A DNA stretch of 64,000 nt, from contig VRMN01000019.1 of NCBI GenBank assembly GCA_008690995.1, positions 1 through 64,000 on the forward strand. Direction: 5' to 3'. Source of the DNA: Porphyridium purpureum (taxonomy: Eukaryota). Under the pieces are notes generated by a model. That model saw only the letters and a list, made by a program, of their open reading frames with translations, made no database searches and was not told the origin of the DNA. A program made the translations under genes and the position numbers. The stretch's first letter is position 1, and each line of letters starts with the position of its first letter. Shown here in pieces: positions 11,458-20,972 of this stretch.

Positions 11458-14400
11458 AACCTCGAGGGAGAAGTTGGGAGGTGCACTCGAGGGGAACGGA
11501 ACCTCCCGGGATGGGCTTTGTAGGTGAGGTCTGGCGCGCTGATGCGGCGTCGAGGTTGCTCTACAAGCGTGGAACTTTAGATGGCGAGTCTGTCCAATTT
11601 CTGGTGGACAGCGGAGCATCGCACAATTTTCTTGGATCTCGCTTTGTCGGCAGATTTGAAGGGCGCGAGAACGGAATGGTCAAGCTTGCGGGTGGGCAAA
11701 GTGTCTCAGTGCATGGCCCGGTGTCGCAGCATGTTGATCTTGGGTTCTGGAAAGGGCCGGTCAAGTTTTATGTCGGACCGCTGCAAATGGATGCAATCCT
11801 CGGGTGGGACTGGCTGAGTCGCGTGAACCCGAGGATTGATTGGCAGAGGGGTTCGATGGACTTGGAACTTAAAAATGTGGAAGATTGTGCGATGGTGAAT
11901 GTCGTGGACGCTCTTTCCGAGTCAAGCGGAAATCAAGCGTACGATGGAGAAGAGGAGAGTGCCAGTGAAGAGGTCGAAGGAAAGATGGCCGGGATGGAAC
12001 ATGCGTTGACTCACATGCCGATGCGGGATGATTGTGAGACGTGTGTTGTGGCCAAGATCAAGAGCCGACCAGCAAGAAGGCTGGAGAAGGACTTGTCCAC
12101 TTTGTCGTTCAATGACGAAGTTGGGATCGACCTGGTGGAGCCCGGACGTAACGTGGAAGCCATCGATGGAGCGAAGTACATACTGACGCACATCGATAGA
12201 GCGACGAGGTGGGCCACACTGGCAGGATTGAGAGCCAAAACGCATACGGCGGTTGCTGAAGCTTGGACAAGCGTGCAAGCCGGGCGAGGATGGCCAAAGG
12301 TACTGAGGACAGATGATGGAAACGAGTTCAGGGGAAATGTGAGCAATTTGGTACGGGAGAATCTCGTGAAGCATGAGATTGGCGTCCCACATAGACCGAA
12401 TAGCCACGCTGAACAGGAACGTTTCCATCATACTTTGAATCAGGGGGTACGAGCAAATCTCCTGCAGTCTGGGCTGGGAAAGCGGTGGTTTTTGCATGCC
12501 GCTCAGCATTTCGTCTTCATGTTCAATCGGCTGCACCCAGACAAGAGGTCTGGGAAGTCTCCGTATGAAATGAGGTACGGTGAGAGATGGAAGCGGGGGA
12601 AGGTAGCAGTACCATTTGGGTGCAAGGTGGTTTTCAAGAATGATCAACCTGAGAACAAGTATGCACCCAGAGGAAAGATTGGAGTCCTTGTTGGGGTTGC
12701 GGAGCATCCGCTGGCAATCTGGGTCCTTCCTCAGGAGGAGTGGACGAGTGCGGCACCGAAGCTGACTCGCACTCAGGACTTCAAGGCGTTCCCTGAAGTG
12801 TTTCCAATGCGGACTTTGGAAACAAGGGATGACGAGGAGGTCTCGGCACGTGAGGGTGAAATCGACTTTCACCCTAGGCAGGAAGAACCGGATAGTCAAG
12901 AGACTATGGTGTTGCCTACGAATACGGCCGAGGCGCGTGTATCCGGGAACTTGGAGGAGGACGTTCCCCTACCTATTGGAAGAAGGGGGAAACGAAAACC
13001 CAGTGTAGCTTGGAGCCGGGAAGAGGATCAGGCCATCATGGATGGCTTACGGCTCTTTGGCTGGGGGAAGTGGGAAAGAACTCTGCAAGAATACAAGGCA
13101 GTGTTCCGCAATTCAAGAAACGGAAAGGATGTGCGAGCCCGGGCCCATAATATGGGCCTCTCGGAGGAAAATTGGAAGCAACGCGCAGGAGTTGCTCCAG
13201 AAACACCGCAATTGAACTTGACAACTTTGTTGCAGACGAGCCAAGCTCTGGCTTCTTCGGCTGGAAGAGAAGCCATGCAAAAAGAAGTGGACTTGATGAT
13301 CCGATTCAAGGTATGGGATGAGCAACCTATTTCAAGGGAAGAAGCTCTCAAGGTCCCAGGCGCACGATTTGTGCGGACACACTTTATATTCGGATTGAAG
13401 TTCGCTGAGCTTCCGGAGGAGTTTCGCAAGGTCAAGTGTCGGCTTGTTGCTGGTGGAAATAGGATTTGGGATGCCTCAGGGAAGGTCACTCAGGATGTGT
13501 TTGACTATGAGGTGCCCGCGGGCCTGTCTGCAATCAGAATGCTGATAGCTTTGGCCGCGATCCTGGGATTGAAAATCGTGTCGTTCGATGTGACGTCGGC
13601 GTACTTACACGCTGACTTGTCAGGACCACCGACGTTTGCCATGTTGCCCCGTCACGTTCCAGGAGGAGGTGATGGACTTGTCGTTCGCTTAAGGAGGGCG
13701 CTTTATGGCTTGCCAAGAAGCGGGTCTGACTTTTCCATCGATGCCCGCAGAAGACTTCAGAAGTTCGGGTGGGATTTGATTCACGGCGAGAAGAATGTAT
13801 ACGTAAAAAAGATGGCGGGAAGTGCATCTGTTGCACTCTTGGCCTTGTATGTCGATGATGGCCTGCTCGCGTGTGCCGAGAAGGATCGGGGTGAGATATT
13901 TCGAGAGTTGAGGTCAGAGTTCCTCATTGAGAAGGAGCCAGAAGTCCTCTCGGAAGGTACCCCGTTGAGGTTCCTAGGTCTCACGATCTCGGAGTCGGCG
14001 GCACGGCTTTCGTTGGATCATGATCACTACCAAGCTTTGGTGGTGAAGGAATTCGAAGAAGAACTTGGGCAGGTGCTGCGAGCAGTGAAGTCACCAGGCG
14101 AGAAGATGAATGCTGACGCTGTATTGGATGTTCAAGTCGAACATGGGCATCTGAAAATACGCGAGCATTTTGGGAGGCTGCTGTGGTTGGCCAGGACGGT
14201 CAGACCGGATATCTCCTACGCAGTTGGAGTGGTGGCTCGGTATGTGGATAGCTGGAACGTCGCAGCTGAGAGACTCCTGGTTCGCGTCATGCAATACTTG
14301 AAGGTGCCTCGTGAGCCACTTGAGTATTTGCGGATGACGTCATTGAAGATCAGCGACGTAAGCGTCTTGGGTTATGCTGATGCCGACTTCGCTGGGTGTC

Positions 14401-14873
14401 CGGAAACGCGCAAGTCGACGTCTGGACGAGTGACGTACTTGGTCGCGGGTGGAAACAAGTATCTGGTCGATTGGAGCTCCAGAAGGCAACGCTTTGTGAG
14501 CTCTTCGACCTCTGAGTCGGAAATGGCCGCTCTGGAAGAGGCGGTGCAGTTATCCTTGTTTCCGGCATTGTCGTTTCTTCGAAGCGTGCAAGAGGGGGAT
14601 TATGCGTTGACCCTGCTTTGTGATAGTCAAGTTGTTCTCCGTGCGGTCGAGATGGGCTACTCGCCAAAGTTGCATCACATGGCAGTGACCAGAGCCACGG
14701 ACTTGGCGTGGATACACCAAGTTTGCGAGAAGCAAAAGCTGGTGAGATTGGAATATGTGAGGACGGGGGAAAACGTGTCCGACTTGATGACAAAACCTTT
14801 GTTTCCGGAAGGTCATATCAGGTGTTGGACTATGTTACGCGTCCCTCAGATCGGAAGGAGGAGCATGGATTAA
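11448..14873 (+). CDS. pol: Pol (PR-IN-Myb-RT-RNase H), in the -1 frame relative to gag
   Basis: PR: LVDSGASHNF...ILGWDWL. IN: HALTHMP..CETC, GIDLV/TDDGNEF/EQER. RT: KCRLVAGG, DVTSAYLHA, RALYGL, LYVDD. RH: YADADFAG, RKSTSG, SDLMTK. Uninterrupted. Confidence 0.93.
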   Translation, partial: GKLKPRGRSWEVHSRGTEPPGMGFVGEVWRADAASRLLYKRGTLDGESVQFLVDSGASHNFLGSRFVGRFEGRENGMVKLAGGQSVSVHGPVSQHVDLGFWKGPVKFYVGPLQMDAILGWDWLSRVNPRIDWQRGSMDLELKNVEDCAMVNVVDALSESSGNQAYDGEEESASEEVEGKMAGMEHALTHMPMRDDCETCVVAKIKSRPARRLEKDLSTLSFNDEVGIDLVEPGRNVEAIDGAKYILTHIDRATRWATLAGLRAKTHTAVAEAWTSVQAGRGWPKVLRTDDGNEFRGNVSNLVRENLVKHEIGVPHRPNSHAEQERFHHTLNQGVRANLLQSGLGKRWFLHAAQHFVFMFNRLHPDKRSGKSPYEMRYGERWKRGKVAVPFGCKVVFKNDQPENKYAPRGKIGVLVGVAEHPLAIWVLPQEEWTSAAPKLTRTQDFKAFPEVFPMRTLETRDDEEVSAREGEIDFHPRQEEPDSQETMVLPTNTAEARVSGNLEEDVPLPIGRRGKRKPSVAWSREEDQAIMDGLRLFGWGKWERTLQEYKAVFRNSRNGKDVRARAHNMGLSEENWKQRAGVAPETPQLNLTTLLQTSQALASSAGREAMQKEVDLMIRFKVWDEQPISREEALKVPGARFVRTHFIFGLKFAELPEEFRKVKCRLVAGGNRIWDASGKVTQDVFDYEVPAGLSAIRMLIALAAILGLKIVSFDVTSAYLHADLSGPPTFAMLPRHVPGGGDGLVVRLRRALYGLPRSGSDFSIDARRRLQKFGWDLIHGEKNVYVKKMAGSASVALLALYVDDGLLACAEKDRGEIFRELRSEFLIEKEPEVLSEGTPLRFLGLTISESAARLSLDHDHYQALVVKEFEEELGQVLRAVKSPGEKMNADAVLDVQVEHGHLKIREHFGRLLWLARTVRPDISYAVGVVARYVDSWNVAAERLLVRVMQYLKVPREPLEYLRMTSLKISDVSVLGYADADFAGCPETRKSTSGRVTYLVAGGNKYLVDWSSRRQRFVSSSTSESEMAALEEAVQLSLFPALSFLRSVQEGDYALTLLCDSQVVLRAVEMGYSPKLHHMAVTRATDLAWIHQVCEKQKLVRLEYVRTGENVSDLMTKPLFPEGHIRCWTMLRVPQIGRRSMD

Positions 14874-16625
14874 AAGTGTTCCGGTCCGAGAGACGCCCTG
14901 GGTGTACACCCGGAGGTACGGCGTCTCGGAATTGTTTGAGGTACAGGGGCTTTTTCGCCCGCGTGGTTTTTTACCCTGTACCTCTGGTTTTGTGCATTGT
15001 TGTCTTTCGCCCCGAGGAGCCGGAGTCGCGTGTCCGAGGGAAGCAGGAGCCGCTTGGCGGCCGGCCAGCACCCATTGAGCCGCTTGCTGACGTGGCTGGC
15101 TGTGGCTTCGTTCCGTGGAACGAACGGAGGAAAGCCCAGCCTTTTGGGAGAAATAATTTCTCCCTTCCGCGTCAAGGACAGCAAGGACGGCGGGGTATAT
15201 AATGGGCGCGGGCCCGTGCGGTTCCCCGGATTTCTAGAGAGCGGAAGAAGTAGAGGCAAGGGAGAAGGACACAGAGAATAAAAGGAAGAGTTGTTCTTTG
15301 GTGTCGGGTGCCTGGGCGTGGTCGTCGGAAGGCGTGGGGCCTTTTGCTGAGCCTGTGTAGCAGAGCCAGCAGCACATCGTGTCTGGGGGGTTTCGGTGCT
15401 CTTAGAGCACTGAAGGCAGACGGCGGCTTTGTCCGTTACGACACCCTGCCCCTGTCGAGACCGGTGCTGTCTGTGCCGACGCGAAAGGCAATAGTAGAGG
15501 CCCTATACGCTGGATTTTCCACGCCCCGGGTATTCGTCGTCTGTGTTGTGTGCGTCGTGTGGTTGTGTTCTCTGTGCTGTGTGCGTCGTGTTGCTGGGGT
15601 TCGGTCATCTGAGAAGGGTTGTGTCATCCGGGTTCGTGCGCTTGTCATCATCAAGCGTGCGAGAATTTAAAGATAACCATGTACTATAGTCCAACGCAAC
15701 TGTACTGTAGCCCGAAGCAACTGTACTATGGTATGGCCGAACCGCAGGGCCCACCCTACCTGAAAAACGCCTCTAACCCCACCGCGCCCCACCGCGCCCC
15801 ACCGCGCCCCACCGCGCCGACTGCGCCTGCGCCCGCGCCCGCCCAACCTCGCCCCATCATTCGCGCCCCTCGTCTCTCGCCCCACGCCGGCGCCACTCTT
15901 CGCTCCCTCGCCGGCCGCACAACCCGCCAATCGCTCAATGCGCACGGCGTCCTCAGGTCGACTTGAGCCCGCACTTCATCATATTTCAATGCCAATTTTC
16001 TATGCTCATGCATACTAACAAAATGCTACTGTTTTACTATGCTTCTTCACAACCAACATGGGATGCCCATGTAATGCATGACCATCAATTATTTTGGGTT
16101 CGTTCTTCTATGCTCGATTTCTCATACTAACACACTGGCATTTACCTATGAAAAAGCCAACTTTGGACACCAACCTCCAAGTATTTTCATATGACAACGA
16201 TATCTTTTTACTATACACATCGTAATTTTGGACTTTGGACGATCTGGTCTACTTGTTTTTACACATGTATAACCATGTACTATAGTCCAACGCAACTGTA
16301 CTGTAGCCCGAAGCAACTGTACTATGGTATGGCCGAACCGCAGGGCCCACCCTACCTGAAAAACGCCTCTAACCCTAGAGTTCACTTTAAACTTCCTCAT
16401 TACAGTCTCACTTTGTTACAAATCTCGCGCAAACGGTCGTTCCCTCAGACAAGCGCGCCAGCTTCCGCTACCATTACATTTAGCATGCATTGCAAAAGCA
16501 TGCGGCATTTCCGAGCTTATTTGATAGAGTACGTGAGATGTACACCTACATTTTAAAGGTACAGTCACACGGCGAGGAACCCTGGGGCGGGTGAGCCCAA
16601 AATCCACCACTAACCCTAGAGTCCT

Positions 16626-19600
16626 GTGGTTGGCGCCCTTCAAAGCATTTTGAACTGTGCACTTGAGCAACCTACAACATCCACCGGAAACACACGGCCA
16701 GCTGCACGCGAATTTTTGCGCTCGCACGCGCTCCAGCAAGTGAGTGACCGAAACGGAGAGCCATCAAGTATCCACGACGAAATGTCTGGATCGCAGTCCG
16801 GCACGTGTTTGACCAGTCGCAGTGCCTTAACGATAAGTGAGTTGTCAGCCACGCAGCTCTGGGTTTTGAGAGCTGCGTGGGTTGTGAGGCTAATTGTGAA
16901 AGAGAAAGACCGGGAAATACAAACCTCAAACGACACGATTCTTTCCGACGTTCCCTGTGCGCAAGTACTGTACATGATGCACTCCGTCTTCAGAAGCGCG
17001 CAAGAGCCATCCACGTACGTGGCATGGAAAGCTATGGGCAATGGTTCCTGGATGCACTTAAAGACGGAAGTGCTGGTGCAAGCAAAGGTCTTTGGTAATT
17101 TGTACAATGGCTCCAGAGCGGCCGCTCGAGCTTTGGTTGCCCGAGTTCTTGGAGCGCGCGATAACTTTTCGGTCCGGGTGTTGTCGCAGCATAATACAAC
17201 GGCGCCAATGCTCGGTGAAATTATACTCGATGGCAGTGAACGACATGCAGCTCAGCCTGCGGAACTGCTCGCGAGCGCCAGACGCCAGAACATCGATTTC
17301 AACGCACTGAGCAATTTTGCATTACTTGCGTTCTCTGCCGCGTGTGCCCCGCCGCGAAAGTCAAGTATGGAAACTTTTGTTCTCGCTAGCCGAAGTGTTG
17401 GAAATTCACTTAGACCTGTTTTAAATACTCGTGTAGTGAGAGTTGTCGAGGTTGTTGAGAAGAAATTGGGTCGCGCGCTTGCAACTGAAACTGTTGAGCA
17501 TCTTCCAACTGAGGAAGTCGCAGAAGTGCTGCTTATCATGCATTGGATTGCGAGTGCATATATTGACGAGATACTTGGCCAGCAAAATCAGGGGCAAAAT
17601 GTACCTGAGAGCATTGACTTTCGAAACTTTGGGGCCTGCGCCAGCAGAACGACTTGTGCAGCACTTAATCCGGAGGAGTGGATTGCACAAGTAGAATGTG
17701 CTGTTGGGCAGTTCTGCGCCGTACCCATGACCTTACGGGACTTGCGCAATCTTTACTTGCATTGCGTACGAGACAACGCTGACGCTTTCCGAGGAATTGC
17801 CGCCCCGCAAGGGATACAGCCCGTAGACACACCTGCGCAAAAGTACAAGATCCGCGGCGCAGGTCACTCGCTTGCGACAGACGCCGCATTCTACCTGGCT
17901 TCAGTAAAAGACGAAGACTGGTTTGCATTCACAGTGGAATGTCGCGACGCATGGCTTGCACTGATTGGCGCGGAAACTCACGCTTCGTCACGGATGGGCT
18001 CCGTGCATCCGAGAGAGCGTTCGCTCGGAGAATGGGCCTCACTGGCGGGTTTGACGCCAGACACATTGCTCCGTGATGTATATGGTAGCGCTTCCGTCGC
18101 CAGCCCGCAAGCAAGGAAGCAGCTTGAAATGCTGAACGAAATTCTGATGGACAAGAACGTTTGCGTACAGTATCCTTGCGGAAGTGGTAAGTCAGCATCA
18201 TACTTGTGCATGGAGAAAGTCGTTCGCTTGCAAGGTGCCTTTGTTCTGCTTTTGGTACCGCTTCGCGTTTCCATGTTTGCTGCATTGCAGGAGGCAAGAA
18301 GTAGAAGGATTGAAGCCGTTGACTTGTACTCATGTACCGAGCGTTCGCATGGCGGCCTCGTCGTCACCAGCATGGATGCACTTGCATCACAACGTGCAGC
18401 TCTTAGACGCATTGCAGAACGCATCGCACTCGTTGTCGTGGACGAGAGTCACGTCGTACTAGAACATAGCTCGTTCCGCGAGTCAATGTCCGTCAAGCTG
18501 AGCGCGTCGCTTTTGACGAAATCCTGCTTTGTATTTCTCAGTGCGACGATAAGTGAAGATGCTGCTGCGTTCGTTGCCAAAGAGTTTGGTGTGACCATCG
18601 ACTCCTTTTTGCGTGCACGACCACTTCGAGAATCATTGAACATCAGCGTGACAGAGTTTGGCACGAGCGCAATCTGCACTCAACAGATTACGGCCGCCAT
18701 CCAGGAAAATGCGCTTGCTCGTCGTGGGCGTGCACTGATAATGTGTGCTACTCATGCAGAAGCCGACACATGGTTTGACGAAATGAGAAAGTCTTACTCA
18801 GATGCATGTTACAAACTGACAGCACGTGAAGCTCTCGACGCTGAGGCATTGCAGCAAGCGCGGGTAATCGTTGGCACATCCGCTGTGAGCTCATCGCTGA
18901 ATTGCAAATCTGTTTTGTACTGCGCCGTGATGCGCGGAGCACATTCACTCAGCCAAGTGGTCCAAGCATGGGGCAGAGTTGGTCGCGACGGTGAGCACGC
19001 CCGCTGCGAATTTTTCTTCGACAGAAATTTCCAGAACGCATTGGACCAGCGTGACAGCCCGAGCATTCGCCAGGTTCCAGGTTTTGAGCGCGACCCTTGG
19101 CATAGTAAAGCCGGTCTACGGCGCTTCGTTGAGAGTGCACTTGACTTATCCTCTCACGAAGTTCACAGCGTGCTCAACCTTTTAACCACTCGCTCCATGG
19201 TGACTCAGACAGCCAACCCAGTGACGGTGCCGCAGCCAAGCTTGCACGAGATGGTGCGGCCAAGTACGCACGTGGTTGCAGAACCAAGTTCGGGCATGAT
19301 AGCGCAACCGACGTCGTACATGCTGGCCCAGCCAAGCTCGCACACGGTCGCAGCGCCAAGCTCGCACGTGATGGCGCAGCCCACTTCGCACGTGCCGGAG
19401 CAACCAACTTTGCACTTGCTCGCGCAGGCCAGCTCGCAGCAGCACGAGGCGACGCCACTGGCTAGCTCTGCACCAGCGCGCGCGCTGGGCGAGCAATTAC
19501 AGACGATCAGACAAGCAAGAGCGACATGGAATACTGCAATGTACAAATGCATCTGGTGCAGTGGTGTCACATGTCTTGGCACATGCCAGAATCCGAACAG

Positions 19601-19982
19601 GTTTCCCAACACCTGCCCATACTGTGGGTTTCGATACTCACGGTCATCTGCAGCGGCCCACGTCTCCTGCAGCAAACGGTCGGCCGGAAATATCATCAGA
19701 CCAAGACTCGCGCCAACCTTGGGCATGTGTTTCCGTTGTCTGGCCCCCACCGAAGTGTGCGAAAAGAAATGCGAAAAGGCTCCGAGCGCCTTAAAGCACA
19801 GAATGGAAGCCGTGTATCGGAAAGCTTTCTCCTTGATGGGCACTCCCGGATCTGGTGGAGCAGAAGAGTTGACCATCTTCTACACACACAAGCTGTGCGA
19901 ACTCGTGAGCTGGGAAGGCTTCGAGTTGTACAAGCGAGCGACAAAGCTCATGGCGAATGAATGGAGCCTTCAGAAAGTATAA
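16626..19982 (+). CDS. RecQ-like SF2 DExH helicase (telomere-linked-helicase-like) with an 8-aa repeat tract and Cys-rich C-terminus
   Basis: PCGSGKS, LLVPLR, VVVDESH, FR, LSAT, QAWGRVGRDG. Nine QPSSHxxA-like repeats at about 19230-19450. Multiple CxxC at the C-terminus. The start is uncertain (first ATG about 16782). Confidence 0.8.
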   Translation: MVGALQSILNCALEQPTTSTGNTRPAAREFLRSHALQQVSDRNGEPSSIHDEMSGSQSGTCLTSRSALTISELSATQLWVLRAAWVVRLIVKEKDREIQTSNDTILSDVPCAQVLYMMHSVFRSAQEPSTYVAWKAMGNGSWMHLKTEVLVQAKVFGNLYNGSRAAARALVARVLGARDNFSVRVLSQHNTTAPMLGEIILDGSERHAAQPAELLASARRQNIDFNALSNFALLAFSAACAPPRKSSMETFVLASRSVGNSLRPVLNTRVVRVVEVVEKKLGRALATETVEHLPTEEVAEVLLIMHWIASAYIDEILGQQNQGQNVPESIDFRNFGACASRTTCAALNPEEWIAQVECAVGQFCAVPMTLRDLRNLYLHCVRDNADAFRGIAAPQGIQPVDTPAQKYKIRGAGHSLATDAAFYLASVKDEDWFAFTVECRDAWLALIGAETHASSRMGSVHPRERSLGEWASLAGLTPDTLLRDVYGSASVASPQARKQLEMLNEILMDKNVCVQYPCGSGKSASYLCMEKVVRLQGAFVLLLVPLRVSMFAALQEARSRRIEAVDLYSCTERSHGGLVVTSMDALASQRAALRRIAERIALVVVDESHVVLEHSSFRESMSVKLSASLLTKSCFVFLSATISEDAAAFVAKEFGVTIDSFLRARPLRESLNISVTEFGTSAICTQQITAAIQENALARRGRALIMCATHAEADTWFDEMRKSYSDACYKLTAREALDAEALQQARVIVGTSAVSSSLNCKSVLYCAVMRGAHSLSQVVQAWGRVGRDGEHARCEFFFDRNFQNALDQRDSPSIRQVPGFERDPWHSKAGLRRFVESALDLSSHEVHSVLNLLTTRSMVTQTANPVTVPQPSLHEMVRPSTHVVAEPSSGMIAQPTSYMLAQPSSHTVAAPSSHVMAQPTSHVPEQPTLHLLAQASSQQHEATPLASSAPARALGEQLQTIRQARATWNTAMYKCIWCSGVTCLGTCQNPNRFPNTCPYCGFRYSRSSAAAHVSCSKRSAGNIIRPRLAPTLGMCFRCLAPTEVCEKKCEKAPSALKHRMEAVYRKAFSLMGTPGSGGAEELTIFYTHKLCELVSWEGFELYKRATKLMANEWSLQKV

Positions 19983-20463
19983 AACCGACACTAGCTCCAC
20001 TCTGCATGTGTGATTGCCTCATGAGTAAAAACACTGTGGTACGCTGCTGCCCATTGCCCACAACCCGCCGCCCCGTCCTCAAACTTCTCTAGACCACTCC
20101 TCGACCGCCTCGACCCCGACGACCACCCTCGCTCACACTCCACGGCTAAAGGCTTGCCCACGAACACTGTAGGGATGACATTGAAATGAACATCGACCCG
20201 TCAAATGCGATCGTTTTAGTACGATAATTACTCTTACTAAAATAATTCCCCCACATAGAAACCAGAGGCTTCTGTACCAAAACGCTCATTTTGACCAGGA
20301 AAAATCGTAAACATGGGGGTTCCGCATATGCGCTTGCCATGGCGAGTTTTCGTGGCAAAGTGGCCTCGCTGTATGATTTGACTTTGGAAAGCTAGATTTC
20401 ACTAGTAAAATCCATGCGCTCATGTAGTTGCCGCCTGTTTAACTAAAGACACGCTTCCTTTTG

Positions 20464-20810
20464 ATGACCACCCCCTCAGATTGATGCCATTTAAGTACAG
20501 AATGTGTATGAGTAACTGGAGCATTTTTATACACTTGCATATGGTGACTACCCCCTCAGGAAACAATCATTTAGATACAACACGTCTCTATGAAAATGAG
20601 ATACTTTCATACGCTTTCACACGGTGACTACCCCCTTACGTTTGGTGACTACCCCCTCAAACAAGACGATTTTACCACGAAATTTCCTTCTGAAAAAAGC
20701 TAAATTTGTACTGAGTTTTGCATAAGCATTTCAATGCAATTTTTGTAGCAGATGGTGACCACCCCGTAGCATTTGAAAACCACTAATATAGCAGATAGTG
20801 ACTACCCCTC
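20464..20810. repeat. Six spaced copies of (G/A)TGAC(T/C)ACCCC in AT-rich DNA
   Basis: Copies at about 20464, 20544, 20624, 20645, 20755 and 20798. Confidence 0.85.
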
Positions 20811-20972
20811 AAAACCATTAAATCGAAGGACTGGCTCGAAGTAGGAGGCGTTTGAGAAAGGCGAAAACGTCTGCGGGTAGCTCTTCTCTGGCTCCACATT
20901 TGCCTGTGAAGACACTGGGCAATGCACTTTCCATTAATGAGCTACACTAGGAAAAGGAAACCCTAACGCGAA

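Larger units (their letters stand above)
9670..15672 (+). mobile_element. Full-length LTR retrotransposon A (Copia-order pol, Gypsy-like gag/PR), 809-bp LTRs, TSD ATAAC
   Basis: LTRs at 9670-10478 and 14864-15672, only about 2 substitutions seen. TSD ATAAC at 9665-9669 and 15673-15677. PBS TGGTATCATCGC at 10479-10490. PPT GGAAGGAGGAG at 14853-14863. Confidence 0.96.
9157..16376 (+). repeat. Tandem duplication of an about 600-bp unit. Copy 1 (9157-9669 plus 15673-15779) is interrupted by the LTR element; copy 2 (15780-16376) is intact.
   Basis: Both copies start with (ACCGCGCCCC)n and are near-identical through ...ACACATGTATAACCATGTACTATAGTCC...AAAACGCCTCTAACCC. The last about 95 bp also occurs at about 4064-4160. 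Confidence 0.92.
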
